The notes below the pieces were generated by a model that was given only the letters and a program-made list of their open reading frames with translations, did not search any database and was not told where the DNA came from. Of a stretch of DNA of 64,000 nt, positions 39,746 through 49,994 are shown one piece after another (within the stretch, counting starts at the first letter, position 1; every line of letters starts with the position of its first letter). The stretch comes from Parachlamydiales bacterium (lineage in GTDB: Bacteria > Chlamydiota > Chlamydiia > Chlamydiales > JAJFMK01), in contig CAVXVG010000020.1 of the NCBI GenBank assembly GCA_963765145.1, forward strand, positions 48,168 to 112,167. The letters run 5' to 3'. The position numbers and the translations under genes are program-made.

Positions 39746-40558
39746 ATGTTTATTCCTGCTCAATCCCCATTTCCTTTACTTAATGTTTCTTATACGTTTC
39801 AGGAAAGAAAGGAGATGATAAAAAGAGATTTTGTTGAGAGGATTCCCTTTTATTTAATGACTTTTGGTGCAACTGCGCTTTTTACTAAAGAAACTGACCG
39901 GGTATCACTTGCATTAAGAGCAATTAACTATCTTGTTTGTTCCTCTGCTGCCCAAGCGTTAGCCCATCTCTTTGATGAGGCAGCTAAAAAGACAAATCAC
40001 AAGGGCATTGTCATTTTGCTGCACAAGATGGAAGTCGGTTGTAGGTACATGCACCACTATCTTCATGCTGATTGGTACAACCGAACGGTGGGCCAACTTT
40101 TTCATGAAATAGGCCATGTAGCAATGGTCGAATTGTTATGTAAGGACACTACATCCACTGTTGAGATCTACGGAGGTGGAAAAAGTATTTTTGGTGGATC
40201 AGGGTACAAGTATAAGTATGAATCTTTGTCAAAGCTCGGTCGAATATTAGGAGAAAAAAACGTTACTTTAATGGTAACTGCTGCAGGCCCTTTGGTCGAC
40301 ATGATCCACGCCTTGAGTCTGACTTTTCTTGCACATGTAAGTCAAGGGCATGCAGTTGGGGAGTATCAGGCAAGACTTTGCCGCTTAGTGTTTAGGGCTG
40401 TTGACTTGTCTTATGATTCCTTTTATCTGCCGGTACTTGGAAAGACAGTCGAGACCGACTACCTAATCATTGAGAGAATGAGTCATATCCCTCGGTATGT
40501 GATTGCCGGCTCTTTTGCGGTGTTACCTTATCTTTTTAGCAAAGTGCTTAAAAGCTAA
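39746..40558 (+). CDS. M50-like membrane metallopeptidase
   Basis: FHEIGH (HExxH), AAGP and a downstream TDY motif. Confidence 0.65.
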   Translation: MFIPAQSPFPLLNVSYTFQERKEMIKRDFVERIPFYLMTFGATALFTKETDRVSLALRAINYLVCSSAAQALAHLFDEAAKKTNHKGIVILLHKMEVGCRYMHHYLHADWYNRTVGQLFHEIGHVAMVELLCKDTTSTVEIYGGGKSIFGGSGYKYKYESLSKLGRILGEKNVTLMVTAAGPLVDMIHALSLTFLAHVSQGHAVGEYQARLCRLVFRAVDLSYDSFYLPVLGKTVETDYLIIERMSHIPRYVIAGSFAVLPYLFSKVLKS

Positions 40559-40607
40559 CAGAATGGCAGCTTCAAGTTCGACACTTCTCATGACAGTTAA
40601 AGACTTT

Positions 40608-41174
40608 TCATAGTAGCGCGGGGGAATTTGCTGGAAGAATCGGGGTAGCCGCCATTGCTGCTTGAAGCTTTTTGACATAGCTTTCATACTTTTTATTGCC
40701 CGGATGGGTAAAACAAGAGCCTTTATTATCATCGTTTAAGGTCCAAATAATTTTTGAAGAAAATTCGGCAGGGACTGACAACAAAAAATGGGTCATTTCT
40801 ATGTGTCGGATATCCATGGCCCCAAAAGCATCTTTCTTGGCTGCGATTAAGAAAAAATTAGCATCTTTTGCTTGTTTTCTGATCTCCAGCGCTAGCTGAG
40901 CAGCATTTTGAATAGTTTCATCTGATGCTGTTCCCTTTGGATCTAAAAGCAGCGCATGCACATCGCGAAACACAACCTTTTTGTGCTCTCCCTCACGAAA
41001 ACCGCTCCGTAGATTTAATGTGAGATCATTGATCATCTTAATGGTAGTATTGTTATTTTTTAGTTCTCTATTGGCTCGAATGGTTCCAAGAACATGGTGA
41101 GTGGCTACCTCAAAAAATAGACCTGTTGGTTGAGAAACAATATGGGGGGAAACTCTGACGACACTGGCAGCCAT
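40608..41174 (-). CDS. hypothetical protein
   Basis: ATG 41174 with AGGAG RBS. Confidence 0.55.
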   Translation of the reverse strand: MAASVVRVSPHIVSQPTGLFFEVATHHVLGTIRANRELKNNNTTIKMINDLTLNLRSGFREGEHKKVVFRDVHALLLDPKGTASDETIQNAAQLALEIRKQAKDANFFLIAAKKDAFGAMDIRHIEMTHFLLSVPAEFSSKIIWTLNDDNKGSCFTHPGNKKYESYVKKLQAAMAATPILPANSPALL

Positions 41175-41449
41175 GTTACTCCTATTGGGCTGAAACACAA
41201 AGACAAGCGAGATACAAAAAAGCTTAGAATAACCCAAACATACTCAAAAGCGTTTTTTCAAAGCACGTAAAAAAACATTGGGACCGATCCCTTTCATTTA
41301 GTATATTTGAGGGCTGCCCAGGCAAGCGTTGCAGTGAATTAAACCCCAAGATGTCATTTTAGTCTTTTTCAAGCTCGAAAAAAAGAGGCTTTCTATTCAA
41401 AAATAGGTGAAATAGGTAGCATTTCAATTTTAACTGCTCAAAAGGACAT

Positions 41450-42499
41450 ATGAGAAAACTCCCTTTATTTATGTTGTCAGCCGTTTTAGCCGGACAAGCT
41501 GTTTCAGCCTGCGATTCCTCAACTGTTTTTGAGATGTATGGCACATGCCTTTACCTCCAACCAGGTGGAACGGATCAGTATTATGGCGTACAAGCTATTG
41601 GCTTAGATCCAGATATCACGATTCCTGCACTTTCTCCTAACTGGGATATATTGGAAATCAACCCTCGTTACCATTGGGGCTTTGAAATTGGTACAAAAGT
41701 TACACTTCCATGTTCTGGCTTTAGTTTAGATGCTAATTGGGAAAGGTTGCATTGCCGAGATTCAAGTTCCTTTTTAGCCTCTTCTGCAGATGGGTTTATG
41801 GTAGGTCCATTTTTTGATATTGGTCCTAATTCTGAACCATATAAATTGGCTCAAGGAACAGTTAAACATCAATTTGATAAAGTGGATTTGCGCTTAGGAA
41901 AAGCGTTTTGCTTCAACGATAATTTTATCGTTAATTTTTTTGCTGGAGTTAGTGGCGCAAGAATCAACCATACCCTGCAATCCTCTTATTCCAATGCTAG
42001 TTCTGAGATTGCTCGGACATTAAACTGTCCTTCCACATTCATGGGAGCAGGCCCCATGATTGGGTTAGCCTATGATTACGAAATTTTTTGTAACTTCTTT
42101 TTTGTTGGAGAAACAACCTCTTCTTTACTAGTGGGAAGGTCAAAAAATCAAACAACTTTCCAATCGCTTTCGCCCGAACTTACCACTCTTGGGATACCGC
42201 AGCCAAATACTCAAGCGACTTATAACCCGCATAGAGCACAAATGGTACCTGGCTTAGAACAGAGAATCGGCTTTTCCTATATGTACTCTTTCGATTGCTG
42301 GTCAATCACCCTTGAGGCAGGGTACCAATGCCAACTTTACTTCAACGCTATCCAGTCAGTTGACATGACAGCTCCTCAAGTGTTGCCTGCAGGAGCTATT
42401 TTTACTCCGCAAGTAGGTCTATTTGCCGTTGGTTTTGAAAGAACAATCAGTGATTTTATGCTGAATGGTATTTACGCTACTTTAAATATCGAATTCTAA
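41450..42499 (+). CDS. Lpg1974-family / MOMP-like pore-forming outer membrane protein
   Basis: Signal peptide, LYLQP, P.YHWGFEIG, STFMGAGP.IG, LEAGYQ, C-terminal F. Confidence 0.8.
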   Translation: MRKLPLFMLSAVLAGQAVSACDSSTVFEMYGTCLYLQPGGTDQYYGVQAIGLDPDITIPALSPNWDILEINPRYHWGFEIGTKVTLPCSGFSLDANWERLHCRDSSSFLASSADGFMVGPFFDIGPNSEPYKLAQGTVKHQFDKVDLRLGKAFCFNDNFIVNFFAGVSGARINHTLQSSYSNASSEIARTLNCPSTFMGAGPMIGLAYDYEIFCNFFFVGETTSSLLVGRSKNQTTFQSLSPELTTLGIPQPNTQATYNPHRAQMVPGLEQRIGFSYMYSFDCWSITLEAGYQCQLYFNAIQSVDMTAPQVLPAGAIFTPQVGLFAVGFERTISDFMLNGIYATLNIEF

Positions 42500-42502
42500 G
42501 CG

Positions 42503-42530
42503 AAAGGGGCTGGTCCGTCCGGCTCCTTTT
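42503..42530 (+). terminator. probable intrinsic terminator
   Basis: AAAGGGGCTGG-tccgt-CCGGCTCCTTTT. Confidence 0.55.
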
Positions 42531-42636
42531 ACTTCAATTCTTTGATCAGTCCTAAGTTGTTTTTAATTGTACTCCAAAAAAAGCCTCTATACCTGCAATT
42601 TCTTTTTTCTTAAAGATCCTCCAGGTTGAGCTTTCC

Positions 42637-42665
42637 TAAGCAATGATAACCGACTAAAATCCCTT
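42637..42665 (+). repeat. degenerate att copy 4
   Basis: TAAGCAATGATAACCGACT-AAAATCCCTT equals the right-end/att junction at 30422-30451 with a 1-nt deletion. Confidence 0.8.
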
Positions 42666-42788
42666 TGTCCTTTGGTATTAGTCTTTTGTTAACTAACAGC
42701 TTGGGTTTATCGTCCTCTTTCATTTCACTATTTTTTTGCTAAAATGAAAAATTTGCTCCTGAGGAGGATTGTATGAGTGTAAAAGACC

Positions 42789-45700
42789 CTAAATCAGAAT
42801 CTCGACGGTTTTCCCTTTTTTATTCTTGGCCGATTTGATGTACAGCTGCAATGGAGATTCTGCCGGCTCAGGAATTGATAGGCCAAAAGCTCCTAAGAAT
42901 TCATTACCGGCCCAGCGTGCCGATGTGGCTATCCAATGCTGCCCAATTTTATTGCCTCGGAGATCAAGGAAGATCAAAGAGCTTTTTTCCACCGCCGTGA
43001 GAATATCGACTAATCCCTCTTCGAGGATCTGGTTTTGCGAAACAGTTAACCGCCGGAGAGGGCTTGTTTCAAGCGCCTTGAGAATATCTTCTAACCCCTC
43101 ATTCGTCAGCTGATTCAGCTTGATGTCTAAAGTGGTTAAAGGGCTTTTTGGCAAAGCATCCGCCAAAGCTAGTGCTCCTACATCTGTGATGGAAGTATTA
43201 GATAAATAAAGCTGACGAAGAGAAGATGTGGGAAGGGCTTCGGCAAGTTTTTCAACCCCATCGTCACCTACTTGGTTGCTCGTAGGGGTCATTCCGAATC
43301 CATTTTGGTAATTGGATAAAACAAGTCCTTTTAAAGCGATGCCTTTTTTTAAATAGTTTATTAATCTTTGCAGCTCTGGCAGGGCTAAATTGTTATTGCT
43401 GATATCCAACCACTCAAGAGAACTTTTTTGGACGGCGTCGATGATCCTCCGCATAGCTTCTGAATCAAAGTTGTTCCAACTGATGCTTAACTTTGAAAGT
43501 TTCCCGCTTGCGACGGCCTCTGCGATCACTTGACTACTTTTTGAAGTGATTTCATTTCCATCTACATATAATTCAAAAGGAGTTTTTCTTTTCTTTATAG
43601 CGCAAAAAAGGGCTTCTGCTCCTTCATCTTTTATCCGATTACCGTTTAGGCTGAGCTCAACGATTTCGTCCTGCTCGACAGACACAGCCAATGCCTTGGC
43701 TCCACTTCGTCCGACCTCATTCCCGCTAAAATCAAGTCTAGTGAAGGGGCTTCCTCGAAGAAGGGAGGCTAAGGCAATAGCTCCGGTTGAATTAATTTTG
43801 TTGTTCGGCTTGTTTTGCTCAAATACGATTCGGCAAAGATCACCTTTGATTGTACCAACAGCTACACCTTTAACGAGTTTGTCCGTCATCAACATGCCAA
43901 AAGAGTCTCCCTGTTCCTGATTTGCCCAAGCTTTTAGATGCCGGACAAGAGGAGAGATATCGCGGTGGAAGAAAGCGCTGGTCAATTGATCAACAGCAGG
44001 CAATGCAAATTTGATCTGATAGGAGCCTTCTCGATCAATTTTAGTGCTAAAACCCACCTCTAGAGAGACCTCTTTTAAAGAGGGGTTATTCGGAATCTTT
44101 AAATCACGAAGTTTAGGCGCCTCTATCACGAGGGAAGCAAAATTTTCACAATTTTCGATGTGAAGAGTTTGCAAGGAGGGGAACTCTACAGGATAACTTA
44201 GAATGATCCCGTAAGAGTGTTTAAAATCTCTGAGTCCTTTGCATCCTATGATTTGGAGCTCTAAAAGCTCGGGATGTAAAAAGGGACGGAGTCGTTCTAA
44301 ATTTAAGACACTGATCTCTTCAAACCTAAAGCTATTGAACCGTTTTTCCCTTAGGGCTAAAAACTGAATAAGAAACTCAAGCAGATCTATCTTTTTTGTT
44401 CCGAAAAAGATTCGGTGAACTTAACAAGCCCGACCTCTTTTTCGCCCTCTTCTTGAATAGAAAAAACTGATTTAAGAATAGAAAGTTCTTTGGAAAGGGC
44501 GTCTACCACTATCTGCTGTGAGGGTTGAAGTGGCTGCTTATCGGCGAGAAGTCGATCGGTGGCTGCGGCTATTTTCGCTCTATCTTTGGTCATCCCAGAA
44601 AGCATCTCTTCGATCCTTTCCACAGTCGCCTTTATCACTGCGAGGAGATCTTCTGCCGCCTCTTTCTCTTCATCTAACTCTTTTTCGACCTCTTCCAATG
44701 CTTGGATCTTATTGTTATAGTCAGACTCGTTAATGCCATTTTCATCTCTTAAGTCGGCTAATCTTTTCTTCTCTTCTTCAATCGCTTCTTTTTGTTGTTC
44801 GAGCTCTTTGTAGTTAGTTTGGAGCTCTTCCTTGTTTTTTAGAGTAAAAAGGATCTTATTCCAATCGTCTTTTGTTTTGAGAGTGGCTATACTTGAAGAA
44901 ATCCTTAGCTTTACGGGATCTTTTTTTTCAACCTTACTTCTTTGAACAAGGGTGTGAATGGCGTCCTCTTCAAAGGCCTTAGTTCTTGTAAGATAAATGA
45001 GTTCTTCACAAGCGGTCTCTCGGATTCTCCAATCTTCTTTATCTCTCCAATGATGCAATGAACTCGCCTTTAGCACTATTTCAAGGGCATTTTTAGCCTG
45101 TTTTGAAGAGGGGTTTTGCTGCAGGATGGTTGATAGAGCCTTTAGATAGCCGCATTGATATTTCCAGGAGGAATGTAAAGACTTCATGTCGATGATCTGT
45201 TGAAAGATAGCATCATTTTCCACAGCAAGGGGGGTTAATAGACGGATAAGCAATAAATCGGCATACCAATGGGCTGCTTGTGCCTTTTTTGATTCTTGAA
45301 TCAATTGAGAAAGAGTGCTAAGAAGCCCTCCCACATCGGAGTTATAAGCTCCTTGAACAATCGATATGATAAAATTAAAGAGTCTTTGGTTTTCTTGATT
45401 ATCTGTGAGAGCATTGATTCCAGCTTTTGCGCTTTTTAACGCATACCGGAGGCTATTTTCTCCTAAAACATCTGTTCTAATTAGGGAAACCAAATTAGTG
45501 AGGGTGCTATCTGCTGTCTGTTTCCACGAGGCATCAACTAAATCATTTCCGCCAACAAGATGAATTAGGTCTGCATAGGCATGAAGAGCTTCAGCCAAGC
45601 CTTGCAGGGCTTCGATATTCGGGGCTTTCGCAAGGCCGCCTGCAAAAGCATTTAAGATGTGAGTAACGACAAGGGAAGGATCTTTGGGTGATGTTTGCCT

Positions 45701-45901
45701 TGCCAAAAGGAGCAATTTCGAAGCCCCATCTTTTAATTCTGTTACTTTACCAACAGCAATCAAATCCCCAAACGTACTTGCAAGCTCTGCTGCCTCCGTC
45801 GAATCAGTGGTTAGAATGAGAGGATGTGCGGTGGCAGGTGTACTGCCCAATAACGAAAAGCTTGACGCTTGACCAGATTGAGAAAGATGAGAAACGCTCA
45901 T
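42789..45901 (-). CDS. large helical/HEAT-like + coiled-coil + RNI-like LRR protein, split by a 1-nt frameshift at T6 run 44392-44397
   Basis: Adding one base joins ORFs 44387-45901 and 42789-44174 through an open linker (~1037 aa); LxxLxLxxNxIxxxGaxxL repeats. Confidence 0.75.
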
Positions 45902-46156
45902 TTGACCTCCTAAAAGTCACTCCATAGTAACATGAATTCGGTGAAAAACCACAAAATAAAAGCGCTCTTTTGAATAAAATCCAAAGATCTTCGGTGATTT
46001 TTTTGAACAATAGATCGAAAAATTATAAATGCGGAAATGTTCTAATTGGTCAGATTTGTTTCTCGTGGGTAGTTAAACGCCGTAAAGCACTTAATTTGTT
46101 TAGTAAAGACGATGGCGGGTCTTTAGGATCCACTTCAGAATGTAGGGGGAAATTTT

Positions 46157-46444
46157 TTATGAAGATTGTTTTCTGATTAATTCATGCTCTTTGATTCCAA
46201 GCATTCTTTCTTTATAGTCAATATCCGCTGGGTCTCCCTTCTTTTTAGTTTTATTAAGTTCATTGAGTGCCTTATCTCTGGCCACACGCATTTCTTTGAC
46301 CTGTTTGCCAACTTTTGCAAGTTCAGCTTTTATTTCTGCGATTTCTTTTTTTTCGCTACTAACGGTGGGTCCCTCGTTAAATTTCTCTGCAAATGTTTTG
46401 GTTTTTGCCGGGAAAGTTTGGCTATCTTCCACCATGGTTGCCAC
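46157..46444 (-). CDS. hypothetical coiled-coil protein, probably fragmentary
   Basis: Lys/Glu-rich 95-aa ORF; boundaries uncertain. Confidence 0.35.
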   Translation of the reverse strand: MATMVEDSQTFPAKTKTFAEKFNEGPTVSSEKKEIAEIKAELAKVGKQVKEMRVARDKALNELNKTKKKGDPADIDYKERMLGIKEHELIRKQSS

Positions 46445-46724
46445 TTCTGCGCTCTTTTCAGGCGAAGAGGTTGCGGCCTTAAAAAGGGAGGGGAAAGATG
46501 GTGTTTCCTTTGCTTTTTAAAACAATTTATAAAGGGAAGAAAAAAGAAGAAGAGTCAGTGCTCCCCTTTCCCACAATTTAACTTAGAAAGATTTACTGAA
46601 TATTAATTTTTGATTAACAGTATACGACTGTTTATGCCAATCGTAACAAATAGCACGACGTAAATAAATTCTTTAAACATGCTTTATCCTCCTCATTTAC
46701 AAGGGAAAGTAGAGGGGGAACTCT

Positions 46725-48200
46725 ATGAGTGGATCGAAGCCTGTAGGCGATGGCATTGTTAATTTTTTCTTCCAAAATCTTTTGGAAAAAAGCCCCGTTA
46801 AAAATCCAAAAAATGAACCCGTCAAAAAGCTTTGGAAAAAGGCTCAAGAATCTCTGATGGAAAACAACGATCAGCTGCTGAAGATATGCGAAGATCTCGA
46901 AAAAAGCAAAAATAACTTTAAGATAGATCAAACTCTGCCGTTAAAAAAGGCAGAATCGGATACATCAAAGCTTTTAAACATTCTTCAGGATACTTCTGCT
47001 AAAGAAAAGGCTCATGAATTTTTAAAAAAAGAAGGCGTCGAGGTCGTCTTAGATGAGACCCAGGCAGTAGAGGCTCTGAAGGGGAATGTTGGTACAAACA
47101 GCCCGCTTAGAGAGGCTGCTGCAAAAATCCTGATGAAAAATCGGGATGTCTACGAGGGAGATGGTCTTATTGTGATCAAGCGCAAGCATAAGACCGGAGA
47201 GGAGAAAATCCAAGTCTTTCACGTCGCCGGAAAGGATCGCGTGGAGCTGGCAGAGGGGGGTTTTAATAAAATCTACAAAATACGAGAAGAGGTTTTTGGC
47301 AAGTCCTACAAAGATAAAGCGGCTATCTACAGGGAAGGTCTGCCGGATAAGGCAGTTGAATCTGATGCTCCTATATTGGAATGGATCGAAAAAGACAGTG
47401 GCGGCACTATGCCTGAGGGGATTCGCAAGCAGTACAAAGTAGAAGGAAAAGCAGTAGACGGAAAAATCATGAAGTTCTACGACGGAGGAAAAAAATCTCT
47501 CGATGATAAACAGGCTTTTAGGGCACTGAAAGGGCCTATGAATGCTCTTTTGTACTTTAAAAAGAAAGGCATTGCCCATATCGACCTTAAAGTTGAAAAC
47601 CTATTGCTGGAAAATGGGAAAGCTGTGGTCACAGATTTTGACAGAGTGCGTATCTTTCCGGATTTTGACGAAAACACTCAGGACAAACAACAGACGGCTC
47701 AAGTCATCTTGAAGTATTTAGGCCCGAACGAAAAAATTGCGTTTACAGGCTTGAATCAAAATGTTAAGGAAGTGGCTCAATATAAATCGTATATGGCGAT
47801 AATTCGCCCGGCGCTTGAAGCCTTGAGCCGTGGAGAAACCCTATCTATAAAAGAACTAATTGCGTTCTACAGCAACTATAATAAGATGAAAATTTGTTTG
47901 GAGAAACTGCAGGTCGCTCAGATGGGGATGATTGTAGGGAGAGCAGTTTTTGATAAAGCAGAGCTCGAGGGATGCTACACTTTCGAAGATTACAACGGCA
48001 TTAAATACGCCAAATTCGACTTTGTTAAATTAGAGGGGCTGATTAAGGCAAAATATGGCGACGGACCATTGGCAAGCGACCTTTTGATCCTCATGAAAGG
48101 GATGCTGGATCCCGATCCGAGCCAGCGGTTTACAGCTGAACTGGCTAACGCATGGTACGAGGTGGTTCTTCCCGAGTTAGAGGCGTTTAAACAGCCTTAA
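46725..48200 (+). CDS. eukaryote-like Ser/Thr protein kinase domain protein
   Basis: LAEGGFNKIY, HIDLKVENLLL, VTDFD, GMLDPDPSQRFTA. Confidence 0.8.
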   Translation: MSGSKPVGDGIVNFFFQNLLEKSPVKNPKNEPVKKLWKKAQESLMENNDQLLKICEDLEKSKNNFKIDQTLPLKKAESDTSKLLNILQDTSAKEKAHEFLKKEGVEVVLDETQAVEALKGNVGTNSPLREAAAKILMKNRDVYEGDGLIVIKRKHKTGEEKIQVFHVAGKDRVELAEGGFNKIYKIREEVFGKSYKDKAAIYREGLPDKAVESDAPILEWIEKDSGGTMPEGIRKQYKVEGKAVDGKIMKFYDGGKKSLDDKQAFRALKGPMNALLYFKKKGIAHIDLKVENLLLENGKAVVTDFDRVRIFPDFDENTQDKQQTAQVILKYLGPNEKIAFTGLNQNVKEVAQYKSYMAIIRPALEALSRGETLSIKELIAFYSNYNKMKICLEKLQVAQMGMIVGRAVFDKAELEGCYTFEDYNGIKYAKFDFVKLEGLIKAKYGDGPLASDLLILMKGMLDPDPSQRFTAELANAWYEVVLPELEAFKQP

Positions 48201-48541
48201 TTTTTCTCGTCTATGTTTGGGCGACGCTTTTTTTTGGGAAATGGCAGTTCATCGGCCGTGACTTTCACAAGGTCGACTAACCATTTTTGATCGTTCAAGT
48301 TTTCATCTGAGATAAGAAAACACGGTTTTGCACCGGGATAGGGACAGCCTTCCATGCAGCCTTGAGCCAGTTTTAAGCCCGCCACAGTTGGTTTAACAAA
48401 TAATCGATCGTCACAAACCAGAGCAACCATCTTTCCGTTGCAGAAGATCCCATATTCGCCAAACATCTTCTTTGCAGATACTTCCCCTGCAGCATTGATG
48501 TGCTTAAGGATGAAATCAACAGTACTTTGCTTCGATGCCAT
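48197..48541 (-). CDS. TfoX/Sxy N-terminal domain protein
   Basis: KKMFGEYGIF..GKMVALVCDDRLFVKPT, PYPGAKP. Confidence 0.88.
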   Translation of the reverse strand: MASKQSTVDFILKHINAAGEVSAKKMFGEYGIFCNGKMVALVCDDRLFVKPTVAGLKLAQGCMEGCPYPGAKPCFLISDENLNDQKWLVDLVKVTADELPFPKKKRRPNIDEKN

Positions 48542-48674
48542 GCAATACGCCCAACGGTTTTGTGATGAAAGGGCTCTGAAGCCTCCAGATCCTGTGATAG
48601 AAGGTGCTTGACCCTATTTTCGTTTCTTAAATTTTATGGAGATGCGGCTAATCCACACGTCTACTTTAGCCCTA

Positions 48675-49913
48675 TCACCATAAATTCCAGGGGAGGGCAA
48701 TTGTTTCTGCGTCCAGTTTGTAGGGTTCAGAGCCAACATAAATAACTAAACCCGTTTTAATGTTGTAATTTTCTTTGTAGGTTTCTCTGAAGGCCTTTAA
48801 CCCAGAAAGATCAGATTTAGATAGATGCGTTTTACACTTAATTTCAATGGGATAGAGGGCGCCTCCTCTTTCTAAGATAAGGTCTACCTCTGCTCCTCCA
48901 GCTGTTCGCCAATGGTAAATGTTGGGAGGAACTGGAAGGGTTGCAAACTGTTGGCAGATATAATTGACGACCCAAGATTCAAAAATTGCTCCCAGCTTAG
49001 GGTTTACTGCAAGTCCTTCTGGCAAGTTGATCCGCTGTAAATAACAAGCAAAACCTGTGTCTTTGAAGTAACCCTTCTTTTTTCCGCTGATCCTTTTTAT
49101 TGTGTTACCATGAAAGGGAGGGGCCTCAAACCATTGATAAGAAGCAACTAAAAGGTCAAGCCAGCGGCGTGCTGTTTGAGGTGAAATCCCTATTTCTCTC
49201 CCTAATTGAGATGAGTTAATTTCTTGAGCAGTTAATGAAGCGCTGATACCTAAAAACCGATCAAATTCTGACAATTGACGTATGTCTTCTTGTGTACGGA
49301 CATCTCGGTCAACATATGTCTGCAGGTAAGAGCGGAAATATAGCGGTATTTGTGAGGTTGGCAGTTCGACTGTAGCCGGAAAAGTTCCTCTAAAAAGGAA
49401 CTCAATTAAGGGGGGGAAGGTGGCTGGGAATGGCTTCAATTTTGTGTAAAAACTATCTGGATTTTCAAGGTAACTCGGTAACCAACCGCTGAGTTCACCT
49501 TCACCCATAATTTCTTGGGGGGTGAAATTATCGAGATGAAAGATCGCAACGCGTCCAGCCATGCTTTCTGCTATTGAGCGTAAAACACTAAAATTTTGAG
49601 AACCAGTTAGAAAGTATTGTCCTTTTTGGTCACTCCGATCCATCTTTCTTTTCAAAGAGGCTAACAATTCTGGGGCGTATTGGACTTCGTCTAGGATAAG
49701 CGGTCCAGGAAAGGACTCGAGGAAAAGGTCAGGATCTTTCCTGGCATTATAAATGTCTTGGATTGGGTCAAAAGTAAATATTTTAAACTTTGGGAAAAGA
49801 TGCTCTAATAAAGTCGTTTTTCCCACCTGCCTGGCGCCAAGCAATAGAATGGCTTTAAAGTACTTAGAAGATTCGAGAATCTGGCTCTCAAGGTGTCGCT
49901 TTAAATAGTGCAT
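48675..49913 (-). CDS. AAA_14 ATPase with DUF4143 domain
   Basis: GARQVGKTT, LDEVQY, LTGSQ, ESMAGR, YFKDTG, EVDLI...IEIK. Confidence 0.9.
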   Translation of the reverse strand: MHYLKRHLESQILESSKYFKAILLLGARQVGKTTLLEHLFPKFKIFTFDPIQDIYNARKDPDLFLESFPGPLILDEVQYAPELLASLKRKMDRSDQKGQYFLTGSQNFSVLRSIAESMAGRVAIFHLDNFTPQEIMGEGELSGWLPSYLENPDSFYTKLKPFPATFPPLIEFLFRGTFPATVELPTSQIPLYFRSYLQTYVDRDVRTQEDIRQLSEFDRFLGISASLTAQEINSSQLGREIGISPQTARRWLDLLVASYQWFEAPPFHGNTIKRISGKKKGYFKDTGFACYLQRINLPEGLAVNPKLGAIFESWVVNYICQQFATLPVPPNIYHWRTAGGAEVDLILERGGALYPIEIKCKTHLSKSDLSGLKAFRETYKENYNIKTGLVIYVGSEPYKLDAETIALPWNLW

Positions 49914-49994
49914 ACGTCTTGCAATTTAATGATAGTGTGGTAAATCTGCAAGGTAAATCTATGATGAAGGGCTGACTTCAAATACTTTGCAAAA

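Noticed and set aside
42789..45901. True NLR (NACHT/STAND) immune receptor
   Set aside because: No Walker A/B NTPase motif was found between the N-terminal domain and the LRRs.
48675..49913. Novel defence system
   Set aside because: AAA_14-DUF4143 is a very common stand-alone family and has no partner genes here.
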